Below, piece by piece: positions 44,544 through 55,870 of a DNA stretch of 64,000 nucleotides. Positions within the stretch are counted from its first letter, which is position 1, and every line of letters starts with the position of its first letter. The position numbers and the translations under genes are program-made. This DNA is from Blastocladiella emersonii ATCC 22665 (Eukaryota; Fungi; Blastocladiomycota), in NCBI GenBank assembly GCA_025594325.1, contig JANHCV010000012.1, positions 434,001 through 498,000 on the forward strand, given 5' to 3'. The notes under the pieces are model-generated. The model had not been told where the DNA came from. It saw nothing but the letters and a program-made list of their open reading frames with translations, and did not search any database.

Positions 44544-47500
44544 ATGTCATTCATAGACGTCGACGGATCCTACATTTCGGTCAACACGTCAGACCCCGAG
44601 CACTCGGTCCGTCTGACGGTCGAGCTTCACTACTTTCTGCAGCGAGGTCCGTTCACCGGTCCCATGCGTTCACCGCGCGAAGCACTTATGTTGTGTGTGA
44701 CTAGACCTCGAGACCAAGGCGAAGCGCAAGATCAACAAGTCGACGGCCGACCTCAAGGACCGCCAGATCAATCCGCAGTCCGGCACGCAGGATGGCGTCC
44801 CGCCGGGTGAGGCGCTGCCGCGCTACTACATGACGTACAACATCGGGACCATGTACGAGGGCAAGGTGCGTCCGACGGGTACGACCATGATTCGGCGCAA
44901 CTCATCCGTGTCGCTTATTCTAGTCCGAGATCCTGCACCCAAGCAACTCGTTCTGGTCCAACACGCACGAGATCGACGTCAGTCTGGTACGTCCGAGCTC
45001 GCTCACCGACCAGCCACTTGTTGACTCACGCGCACAACCCCACAGGACTTTCTCGCCGAGCTGTACGAGGGCCCAATCGAGTTCAAGATTTGGCAAGTCA
45101 AGAAGGTGTGGGGCGAGGACCCGCTCGCGGCGAAAGGCGGCAGCCTCGGCGCCGCGCCGTCGCAGCAGACGCTCTTGTTCCGTCGCGCGAGCATCAACGC
45201 CATCGCCAAGCGCCTGGTCACGCTGTCGCGCACCGAGCAGCTGTCGCCCAAGACGCGGCGCAAGATCGAGCACTTCCGCAGCTACGTGCTGCACAACTAC
45301 AAGCAGATGCCGCTCACCGTCAAGGTCGTGGCGCCGACGGTCCCGCCGCAGCGCCCGCTCGTCGACTACGTCAAGATCCCCGCCGCGCCGCACATTGCCG
45401 GGTCGACGAACGCACGCGCCGCGATCTTGCGGTCGTCGCAGAACAGCTCGCGCGCGTCGTCGGCGTCGACACAGCGGAGTGTCGGTGGGACCGCAACGCC
45501 GACGAGCGCTGCTACGACGAATGCGGCCGCCGCGTCCCCACCGCCGCCGCCCCAGCAGGCGAAACCCGCGGCGCCGCAGCACCAGTGGCCCGGGATCAAG
45601 GGAGGCAAGGAGGACCTGTCGGCGATCTGCACCTTCTCGCGTCCCAAGACGCCGCCGCATCCGCACCACTTTGACGAGCCGGACCGGACGCTGCACCTCG
45701 TGCCCGACCTCCCGCGGCGCAACCGCACGCTCGTCGACCAGCACACGCACGTCGGGAGCATCTTCGTGGACCTGAGCTTCTTCTTCCTGGGCGAGATCCA
45801 CGCCAAGGGCGCGCTCGAGCGGCGGATCGAGGGGATGCAGGACGCCGAGGTCGGCGTGTCGCTGAGTGGGCCACTCCTGACGCCGCGGCAGGAGGAGTCG
45901 CTCAATCCGATGGTCATCACGGTGCAGGGCGTCGAGAACCTGCCCGACCGCCCGCTCGCGTACGACCAGCTGCGTCGCATTTGCCACCCGGTCTACACGC
46001 GGTTCGCGTTCCTCGACCATCCCGCGGCGCGGCACCGGTCGCGCGCGTCGGCCGCGCACCAGCGCGCGGTCCGGCTCGACTCGCGACACGTCATTCTGAC
46101 GGGGCTCCACGACGAGGACGCGCTGCGCGATTATTTCCTGCACAGTAAGCTCACGGTCGAGCTGCACGACCGCGACAAGAAGAGCAGCAGCGGGGCGGCG
46201 GCGAATAACCCTGAGCAGGATAAGCTCGCGCCGATCCAGTCGTACGGCGTCGCGCGATTTAGTACGTTGCTGTGTGCGCGGGTTCGTGTAGGTCGATCTG
46301 ACCCGAGCCGACGCGTGTAGGTCTCGCCGAGCTCGTGGCGGGCGCCACCTCGCTGAGCATGAAGGCGTCCGTGGTCCCGGCCGAGTCGGGCGCGGTGCTC
46401 GGGTCCAAGCACGCGGTCGCGCCGGGCTTCTACCTCGAGTGCGACACCATGATCAAGGTCAAGGTCGAGTCCAAGTTTGCCGTGTTCGGGCTCGGCGAGT
46501 CGTCCAACAACATTACGCGCGCCGTCTTCGTTTGCCCGTACGTGGTCGCGACGCTTTCTCCCGGCCAGCACTTACGTCGCGCGTCATGTAGCGCGAGCGC
46601 GGCCACGTTCCTCGAGCGCGTGCTCCAGTTCGTCGAGTCGCACAACCTCATGGCGCTGCGGCTCGCGTCGCTCGACGAGCTACACGAGCTGTGCCTGTCG
46701 AAAGAGCAGCGGCGCAACACGCAGCTCGACATGATCACGGGCTTCCTCGTCACGGACGGCGGCATGTCGATCCTCTTCCTCGAGGGGTGCATCCGCACGG
46801 GCATGCAGAAGCTGCACGAGCTCATCGAGACGTACGTCGTCACTGCCGCGCCCAGCCGCCGCAACGTCTGACTGACCACCGCCACCGCCTGTAAGGCTCG
46901 ACACGACCGCGATCGTCGCGTACTTCAACCTGACGCTGACCTTCTCGTCGCGCGCGTGGGCGCAGCTGCACCCGAACGTGGCGTGGCTGCACCTCGGCCG
47001 CCCGCTCGCCGAGCTGATGCTCGACCCGAAGCTGTTCATCCGGTCGCACTACCCGCGCACCGCGTACCAGGCGCTGCGCAACTGCAACGACGTACGTGAC
47101 CCAGATCAGGTCGCGGCAGGCTGTTGCTGACTCTCCCCCGAACTGTTAGATCGCCGGCCGCGTCTACTCGACCGTCTTCGAACTCTCCGCGCACGGCCTG
47201 CTGCCGACACTCGAGCAGTTCCTGGACCTCGCCGGCGTCAAGGGCGTGGCGAGCGTCATGGACCGGGTCCCGCTCGACCGCCTGTTCGCGGCCATGGGCG
47301 TCGTCCCTCGCGCATCCTCGCCGGCCGCGGCTGGCCTCGCCAGCTCCCAACCCGACGCAGCCGCGTCCGACTCGCCCTCGTGCCGCGCCGCGCGCGTCAA
47401 GAGCTACCACTCGCCCACAAGCTCGCCCGCAAAATGGCTGCGTTCGCACGACCTGCGCTCCATCTCCCCGGTCCGCGACGCCGTGGCCGCGTACACCGAC

Positions 47501-48076
47501 TCCTTCTACCTCAACTCCTCCCCCTCCCCGCCCCGCGCGCGTGTGCCCGCCGGCACCGCGGACGTGTTTCCCTACAGCATCCAGACCTCGAACGCGCGCG
47601 TCGCTGACCAAGTCGAGCGCATCGCGATCGCCGCCGCGAAAAGCCCGCGCAACGTCCTCGTGTTCCCGCACGAGCCCGCGCGCGCCGTCGCGCTCGACGG
47701 CGTGCGGCGGCCGCCGTGGGACGAGGCGACGGACGCGTACGCGTGGGACCGCGTCCAGGGGCCGGGATGGGATCCGCGGCCCGCGACGCCCGTGAGCGAG
47801 TGCGAGGCGGTGTCCGTCCGCCGCGAGTCGCCGTTCCGCGCGCCCAACGCGCTCGACGTGATCCAGGCGCCGCTGCCCGAGCTGCGCGGGGAGGGCGGGG
47901 CGCCCGGGTTCCACGTGGTGCCGGTGAAGAAGCCGCTGGTGCCCGGGACCGACTGCCGGGTCGTGTTTGTGTCGAACGATATGCGCGCCGAGCTGCCGAG
48001 CCGCGAGCGCAGGTTCAAGGTGCAGCAGCGGATCATGTGGGACGAGCGGTGCGGCGCGGCGGGGTCGAAGGTTTGA
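44544..48076 (+). CDS. CFAP92/KIAA1257 (DUF4550)-like cilia-associated protein, multi-exon
   Basis: LNPMVITVQGVENLPDRP, CHPVYTRFAF, VILTG, LTVELHDRD, YGVARF, FYLECDTMIKVKVE, ITGF...ILFLEG. Recognised from memory of the family. Several short introns join the ORF-track segments. Confidence 0.65.
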
Positions 48077-48101
48077 TGAATGATAACGGTGTTTATAAAG
48101 C

Positions 48102-49439
48102 TCACGGCTCCGCCTTCTTGTCGTCGCCGTGCTGCAGCCACTGCTCGTAGGCCTGCAGTCGCGCCTCGTCGGTCGCGTCGGTGGCCTTGGACCGGCGGTA
48201 CTTGGTTCCGTCGAACAGCGCGGCGGTCACCTTCTGGCCGCCAAAGAAGCGGCCGTCCATGAGCTTGATGCACGCAAGCGCGCTGAGCTCTTCCTTGAAC
48301 CGGACCAGGATCACGCCGTCGGGTTCGGCCTGCACACGCGCGCGCGGGGTCAGTGGGCGGTGCGGTGACGCGCGGTGACGCGCGGGAGCCAGAGCAAAAA
48401 CGTACATCGTAGATGGTGAGACTGGTGACCTCGCCGACCTTCTCGCACTCTTCACGCACGTCCTCGCTGATCTCGAGCAGCACGCCCGGTTCGTCCTCGA
48501 GCTCCTTGAGCGAGAACATGTGCTTGAGGGCGACGACGCGCGAGTACCGCGCCAGCTTCTTTTCGCTCGGGCCCGACTCGAACCAGTCGAGTTTCCTACA
48601 CGGGTGCGAACGGGTCAGCGGGGTTGAGCGGACAGAAGCGAGAGAAAGATGTACTTGTCGATCCGCGCGAGCTTGCGCTGCGTCGTCCGCTTATCCAGAA
48701 TCAGCCGTGACGCCTGTGCGGCGGCGCGCTCCTCGTCCGACTTCTCGCGGAACTGGGCAACGCTGACCTTGACGCGCGGGTTCTCTGTCGGGTGCTCGGG
48801 CCGGTCGGGCCGCAGCGGCGCGTCATCGAGCAGGTCGATGGCAAGGGCAACCGACTCCTCCTTGTAGTAGGTGACGAGGGCGTCGCCCTTGGGGTTGCCG
48901 TCGGCGTCGAGGTAGATCTTGATGCGCGGCAGGCCCGTGGTCAGGTCCTCCATGATGATGCCGTACTTGGAGCACACGTCGCGCAGCTCGGACGCCGTCA
49001 CGTCAGCGGGGAGGTGCGACAGGTAGATGGCCGTCACGGGCTTGGGCGGTTTCGGGTCGCGTTTCCGCTTCTTCGCGGGGTTGCCTTCGGACTCGGCCGC
49101 TGTGTCATCGGCGCCGCCCGCCTCGCGCTCCTTGCGCTTCTTCTCCTCGAGGAACTGTTTCCGCTTGAGCGCCGCGGGGAGCACGTTGAGACTCTCCGCG
49201 CCCTCCTCCGCTGCCGCCGGCTCCCCCGCCTGCACAACGTCGGGCTCGACGACGGGGAACCACGACCGCGTCGCATCGCCGCTCCACTCCCACTCGACGC
49301 CATCCTCGTCGAGGTACCGCGCGCGGCCCGTCGCCAGGTCGCGGTACACGCGCGGGTCCGCGTCGAGGTTGCGCGCGTCGGGCGGCGGTTGCTGAGACAC
49401 GGGTGCGGACGGGGCCGGCGCGGGGTGGTTCAGATTCAT
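48102..49439 (-). CDS. CUS2: HTATSF1/Tat-SF1/Cus2 splicing factor (RRM + UHM), multi-exon
   Basis: AIYLSHLP, CSKYGII, IKIYLDADGNPKGDALVTYYKEESVALAIDLLD, VSVAQF, VALKHMF, EDVREECEKVGEV, MDGRFFGGQKV. Confidence 0.9.
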
Positions 49440-50010
49440 GGTGGGTGATTCGTTGCAGCTAGTGGTGAAGCGGGTGGGGCGGCCGCGCATGGGAACCGCG
49501 GAGTGATCGGCGACCGCGACGGCGACGGCGGCGGAGGGAACGACGACAAGGAGAGTCACGTTGCTTCGCCACCACACGCCGCCGTCGTCGCCGCCACGGC
49601 CGAGGCGCACGCGCGCCGGTCGCGTCTTCCCCGCCGCCGCCCGCAAAACGCAGTGCGGCTGCGACGGCGAGTGGGCTGAGGGCGCCGCGCCGCCGTGGGC
49701 GACTGCGTAGGTCCTCCTTCACCAGGCTCGCCGCCGCCGCCGCGCGCGCGTGCAGAGGAGGCGCCGCCCTCCGCCGCCCACCACCTCCGCCGCCCTCCGC
49801 CTTCGCGCACCCCTCTGCTCTCTCTCTCTTGGAGATCCTCATCCGGACCCGGCTCATTGCAACGTAATCAACCCTACGCATCCGCGCGACGCTGCGACGA
49901 CGACGACGCGACCGAGACCGAGTGGGAGAGCTTGATCGAGACCCCCCACCAACCAACCTCTCCTCGCCGTCGTGCTGGCCCACGACGCCTGATCCTCCAC
50001 GACCGCCGAC

Positions 50011-51237
50011 ATGTCGATGCTCGGCCTCGACGACGGACCCGCGCCGGACCTCGACTACATCATCGAGCGGTTGCTTGAAGGTGCGTCGAGTCTCGCCGCC
50101 ACCCGTCGTCACACACGAGCCTGACGCGCTCTGTCCGTACCATAGTGCGCCACACGCGCGGCCGCGAGTTCGTGCACCTCGAGGAGCGCGAGATCCGGTG
50201 GCTGTGCGGCACGTCGCGCGAGATCTTCCTGTCGCAACCCGTGCTGCTGGAGCTCGAGGCGCCCGTGCAGATCTGCGGCGACATCCACGGCCAGTACTAC
50301 GACCTGCTGCGGCTCTTCGAGTACGGCGGGTACCCGCCCGACGCCAACTACCTGTTTCTGGGCGACTACGTCGATCGCGGAAAGCAGTCGCTCGAGACCA
50401 TCTGTCTCCTGCTCGCGTACAAGATCAAGTACCCGGAAAAATTTTTCATTCTCCGCGGGAACCACGAGAGCGCGAGTGTGAACCGGTTCTACGGGTTCTA
50501 CGACGAGTGTACGTTGCTCTTTGCACCCACTGATCCCGCCGCTGATCTGTTCCCCCGCGTCGCGTAGGCAAGCGCAGGTACAACATCAAGCTGTGGAAGA
50601 CCTTCACCGACTGCTTCAACTGCCTGCCGATCGCCGCGCTCATCGACGAGAAGATCTTCTGCATGCACGGCGGCCTGTCGCCGGACCTGCAGTCCATGGA
50701 GCAGATCCGCCGCGTCGTGCGGCCGACCGACGTGCCCGACACGGGCCTGATCAGCGACCTGCTGTGGGCCGACCCGGAACACGACATGCAGGGCTGGGCC
50801 GACAACGACCGCGGCGTCTCGTACCTGTTCGGCGCCGACGTCGTCCAGCAGTTCCTCGCCAAACACGACCTCGACTTGATAGCCCGCGCCCACCAGGTCG
50901 TCGAGGACGGGTACGAGTTCTTCGCGAATCGGCAGCTCGTCACGCTCTTCTCGGCACCAAACTACTGCGGCGAGTTCGATAACGCCGGCGCCATGATGAG
51001 TGTCGCCAAGGACCTGCTGTGCTCGTTCCGGGTACGCTTCGACGCGCTGTCCGCGACCGCGGGACCAACGCTAACGCTGTCGCCCGCTCGCGTGTGTAGA
51101 TCATCAAGCCGGCACAGAAACGCCTCGCGCGCGCCGCCGAGCGCGTCACGAGCCCGCTCATGGCCAAGTCGGGCCTCGACCTCGTGATTCTCGAGGAGGA
51201 AGCTGACGAGGCCGCGCGCGCCGCCGAGGAGCCCTAA
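50011..51237 (+). CDS. Ser/Thr protein phosphatase 1 catalytic subunit-like, divergent (3 introns)
   Basis: [52 protein letters not shown]. All PPP metal and catalytic motifs are intact. Confidence 0.93.
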
Positions 51238-51336
51238 CTTCTCTTGATTCCCCACCCCTACCCCCGCATTGTCTCATCTCACCTCACCCTACCTAGCACT
51301 CTTGAACAAAACGGTTTTGTGTATCTTCCTCCTCGC

Positions 51337-54300
51337 TCACGGCCTGAACACGGCAATGAAGCAGTACGCCTGCACCAGGTGCGTCGACTCGAGCACGTAC
51401 AGCACCAGCAGCGCGCGCGCCACGGCCCCGCGGTTCCACGCGCTCGGCAGCGCCGATGCGGCCGCCGTTTGGGTGCTCCCCGTCGCCTGCGACCCGGGAA
51501 CCGACCCGCGCGAAAGGCTGATCGCGCCGGGGCGAAGCGAGAGCCTTCGTTCTCGCCCATCGCCGCCGCCCGTCGCGCCCGAACTGCGCGTCGTCGTCGT
51601 CGACAGCGGCGGACCCGACCGCGTGCTTGACGACGCGCGCGGGCGGAGCGCCGGCGCTCGAGCGGGTGGCGGATCCGTGTCACCGTCGCTGTCGTGCTGC
51701 TGTTGTGATGCGCATAACGGCGCGCATACGGACCCGCCCGTTGGCATCCCCCGCGTTGCCGCAGCGGAGACTCCGCTACTGCTCGCGCTCCGCGGCCACG
51801 GCGCGGGGACCGGTAGCCCGCTTCCGACGGCGGCCAGCGCGCCCGTCGAGTGCGCGCCGGCGAGCGAGGCGGACGGCGGGCGCAGCGGGTCGACCCGGCC
51901 TGACCCCGACCCGGTGCGCGGCCGCGGCGGGGGCGGGGGCGGGTGGTGGTGCGCGTCGTGATCTGCGGCCGCGGGCGCAGAGTCGATATCCGTCGTCCGC
52001 GTCCCGCCACTCTGCCGAAAATCGGCCGACCCGGACCCCGATGTCGTGGACCCGTACCGCCGGCCGCCCGCGTCGCCGCCGCCGCCGTTGTCGGGGCCGA
52101 GGTGGCTGCTGCTGCGGCTGCCCGTCGACGAGAGCTGGCGTGACGAGCAGTCGTCGCCGTCGTCAGCTTGTGACCCGTACTCTTCCTCGTCGTCGTCTCG
52201 ATACTCGCCGCCGTCGTCCGCGCGTGCACTGACGGCTGTCGCCGCGACAGCCACCCGCTCTCGACTCGTCGACGCTGCGCCGGCGCTTCCCGACGCCATG
52301 CCCGTCGCGTTACTCCCCGCCCGCCCATGCCCGCCTCCGCCGTCCGCGTTCCACCCCTTGGCGTACCGCGCGAGGACCTGGCCGAACGGCAGCCGGTGCC
52401 CTCGCGCGCCGTTGTTGAGGTACAGGACCGCCGAGTCGGCGATCAGGACGAACAGCCAGTACGCAAACGCCGCGGACCGCGTGCGCGCGCCGCTCGCGTC
52501 GACGAGGAGGAAGTTGGTCTGGGTCTCGGCCAGCGCCGTCAGCAGGTAGTAGATGTGCGGGGCGAGCGTCAGGCCAACGAGCATGTTGAACAGGATAAGC
52601 GTGGCTGCGGTTTGGCGCAGGTTCGCGGCGATGGCGGGGTGCGGGACCAGGTTTAGGCGCAGGTGGAGACGGCGCACGGCGCGGAGGCGGGAGAGGAGCG
52701 TGGTTTGGGAGATGAACCGCGCGATGCAGGTCGCGACGACGATGAACCACCGCGTCGCGAGCGGGGTTGAGCGGCCGTTGAAGACGAGGATCGCGCTCTA
52801 CACGACACGACCGGGAGCAGTGTCAGTGCCTTCCACGCGCGAGCCACGGAACCCACACGCACGATGCACTGCGACACGGTGACCGCGCCAAACGGCGCCG
52901 CGAGATGCAGCGCGTCGACATGTTCGCCGGGCAACGGGTCGTCCCTCGCGCGCGGCGCGAACAGCGACGGGAGCACCACGCAGTACTCGGCGACGAGCGG
53001 CCACAGCACGACCGGGAACACGGCCACGATGAACGACACGGGCGCCGTGAACTCGGCGTCATCTGGTTTTAGCTTGAAGATGCGCCCCGGCAGCGAGTCG
53101 CGGTACCCAAAGATGAACAGCGGGTACACCACGATCAGCGGCAGAATCTCGACCACCGCGAACCGCGCCCACGCGAGCGTCCACTGCGTCACGCGGATCC
53201 GGCGGCTAACGGCGGCCGCCATCGATGGCGTGCTGGCGGTCCGCCGGTCGCTGCCCGGATACGCGTCGGCATCGGGACCTGAGAACGTCATGCTGACGAC
53301 GGGCGGGATGCCGGCGAGCGCGTTGCACTTGACGCGCACCATCCACCGGATCGGCGGGAACGCGACGACGGCCGCTAGCGCCGCCGTAATGAGCTGGTTG
53401 CGCAGCAGGCCGAAAAAACCGGGACTCCTACGCACGCGACAACGAGTGAGGTTAGCGCCTGCCAAGCACACAGCCAGTCGACAACATACGTGTAGACGGC
53501 GCCGCGCCACACCGCGACGAGGAGGAGAAACGCGCACACCGGCGTCGTCACGACCACGACCCAGAACGTCCACGGCATGTCACGCAGCCGTGGCCATCCG
53601 TGGATGAAGTACCGCGCGTGGCCGCGGGACAGGACCGCGAGGTTGAGTACGACGCCCGCGAGGAGCAGCATCCCGACGCGGTTCTTGACAAATTCGGGCG
53701 TCGCGTACCGCTGCAGCAGTTTCATGCCCTCGGGCAGCGCCATGGCCACCAGGCTGTTGACGACCGCGAACTGCGCCGCCGTGACCACGATCAGACCGAC
53801 GAGTTTCGCCAGCTGCTTGGTCGTCAGTCCGCGCGACCGCGGCGCCGTGCCCGACGCTGAGCTCGCAGGCCCACCGTCCGGGGAGTGCGCTGACGGGTAG
53901 TGGTAGAAACTGTCGAACGCCGCGTTGATGCACAGGGTCGGGCCCGGCGCGCTGCCTGCGAGCCCGTCGTCGAGCCGCGTCACGACCGGGTCGAGTGTTC
54001 TTCGCGCGCAACTGCTCGGCGGTGGAAGGTACGACCGCGCCGCGCTGTTGCCCGCCGAATCATAGTACTGCGCGGGCCCCGCCGCGACCGCCGCGCCGCC
54101 GCCACCGCCGACTTCGGTCCCGACCGCCCCCGTGGAAGCGACAACAGACGACATGCCCGACTGCGGCTGCAGCAGCCGCATGTGGTGGTCGACGAGCACA
54201 TTGGACGCGCGCGTCGACGCGGCTGAGAAGACCGTTGACTGCACCGTCGACTCGGACTGCTTGTACGGCGACGACGCCGCGGCGGGCTTCGGCACCCCGT

Positions 54301-55285
54301 TCTTGTCGTACAGCGCGACCTGCGTCCCGCGCAGCGTGTTCTGGCCGAACGCCGACGACGCGTTCCAGTCGTCCAGCAGCGATGATTTCACGCTCGGCCG
54401 CCGCGACACGTCGTCGCCGCTCACGCCCAGCGCGGAGGTGGTCGTGGACAGGAACGAGTTGAAGCTCGGGACTTGCTGTGCGTCCGAGAGACGGCGGGGT
54501 GCGGGTGGTGGCGCGAGCGCGGCGGACGATGGGACGAGCAGGCCGCCGTGCGACGGGCGCCGCGTTTCGGGGGCGGCGGGGCCGGGGCCCGGCGACGCGG
54601 TGCCGGCCGACATTCCGGCACCACCGTGGCTCGAGGTGCTGACGTCGCCCGCCGAGACGGACTGCTGCCGCGAGATCGGGCGGCCGACGACCGCGAGCCC
54701 CGTCGCGCTGCTCGCGTTCCCGTTCCCGTTGACTGACAGCATCGCCGAGTTCCGCGCCGACCCTCCACCGTCCGACCCCGCCCCGTCGGCGGGCGACACG
54801 AACAGGTACGACGCGGTGCTGCCCTGGATCGAGATGGGCGAGACGGCCGTCTGGTTGGACATGGTCGACACGATGCTCTGGCGCGACGCCGCCGCGAGCT
54901 CGATGTCGGACGGCGCGAGCAGGTCCGCGGCCGCGTCGTTCTGCGTCACGCGAATCTGGAGCGACCCGCCCTCGGATCGGTGGTGCGCGCGCCGGTTCGC
55001 GTTTGGTTGGGATTGTGCAGCGTCGAGGTGGATGGACGAGGCGCTCGCGGACGCCGAGGCCGCGTGGCCGGCGCCCAGCCCGCTGCCCGCGCTCGCCGTG
55101 AGCGAGTGGACCGGGGAGAAGTGGATCTGCGGCGGAACGGCGCCGATGTCGAGGTCATCGGTCGGCGGATCGTCCGAGTCCGGATCGCCGACGAGCGCCA
55201 CGGATCGTTCTGGCGGCTCGGGTGGTGGTAGCGGCGGCGGTGGTCGCGGCCCACTGCCGTTATGGGGATGAAGAGACGAGTCCAT
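51337..55285 (-). CDS. Unknown multi-pass membrane protein (about 2 introns)
   Basis: Three long ORFs joined by GT-AG intron-like gaps. Long Ser/Gly/Ala-rich N-terminus, many hydrophobic segments and a large polar loop. Confidence 0.6.
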
Positions 55286-55640
55286 GGTGTGTCGCGATTA
55301 CATTGCAGTGTGTGCGGTGCAGCGTTGCATGGCGTGGATCGGTGATGGCTCGCGATGGCATCGGGCGCCAGACGAGCGGATCACACGGCGGGGCTGCACG
55401 ACGCGTCGCGGGGCGACCGCGGCGCGGTAACCAAACAAAACGAGCGACCAGGCATGGTCTGCCTCCCACGCGGCGCGCGGCTTCGCGAAGGCCCAATTTG
55501 GCAATCTGTGGAGGCACAGCGTGGCCCGATTTCGCGCGTTTGCTCACGGCCGGACAAGGCGGGATGGCGGTTCCGCTGGGCATTGTGCGGGTTTAGTGAG
55601 CAGGTGGGAGAGGGGGGAGAGAGCCGCGGTTGCAGATGCG

Positions 55641-55733
55641 CGCGGGAGACGCGTCGCGAAATCGCGTGGTGAATTTTGCCGCGCGGCGAGGTGAATCGCG
55701 AGGACACGTGAGTGGCGCGACGCGTCTCCCGCG
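55641..55733. repeat. 93-bp fold-back with perfect 18-bp inverted repeats (MITE-like)
   Basis: CGCGGGAGACGCGTCGCG (55641-55658) pairs with CGCGACGCGTCTCCCGCG (55716-55733). Confidence 0.7.
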
Positions 55734-55870
55734 ACGGATGAGCGAGCCATCAGCGAACCTGTCACGCGTAAAGATCCTTCTTGGCAAGTATCGTTCGCTC
55801 ATCACGTAAGATCAAGACGACTTTCAGCAATATATCACAGTAATGCAGCTAATAATTCAAACAGTTAGGG

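Noticed and set aside
22376-55271. Numerous long Arg/Ala/Pro-rich overlapping ORFs in the track (e.g. 23796-24947, 26274-26885, 44920-46167, 54132-55271)
   Set aside because: They are antisense or off-frame shadows of GC-rich real genes.
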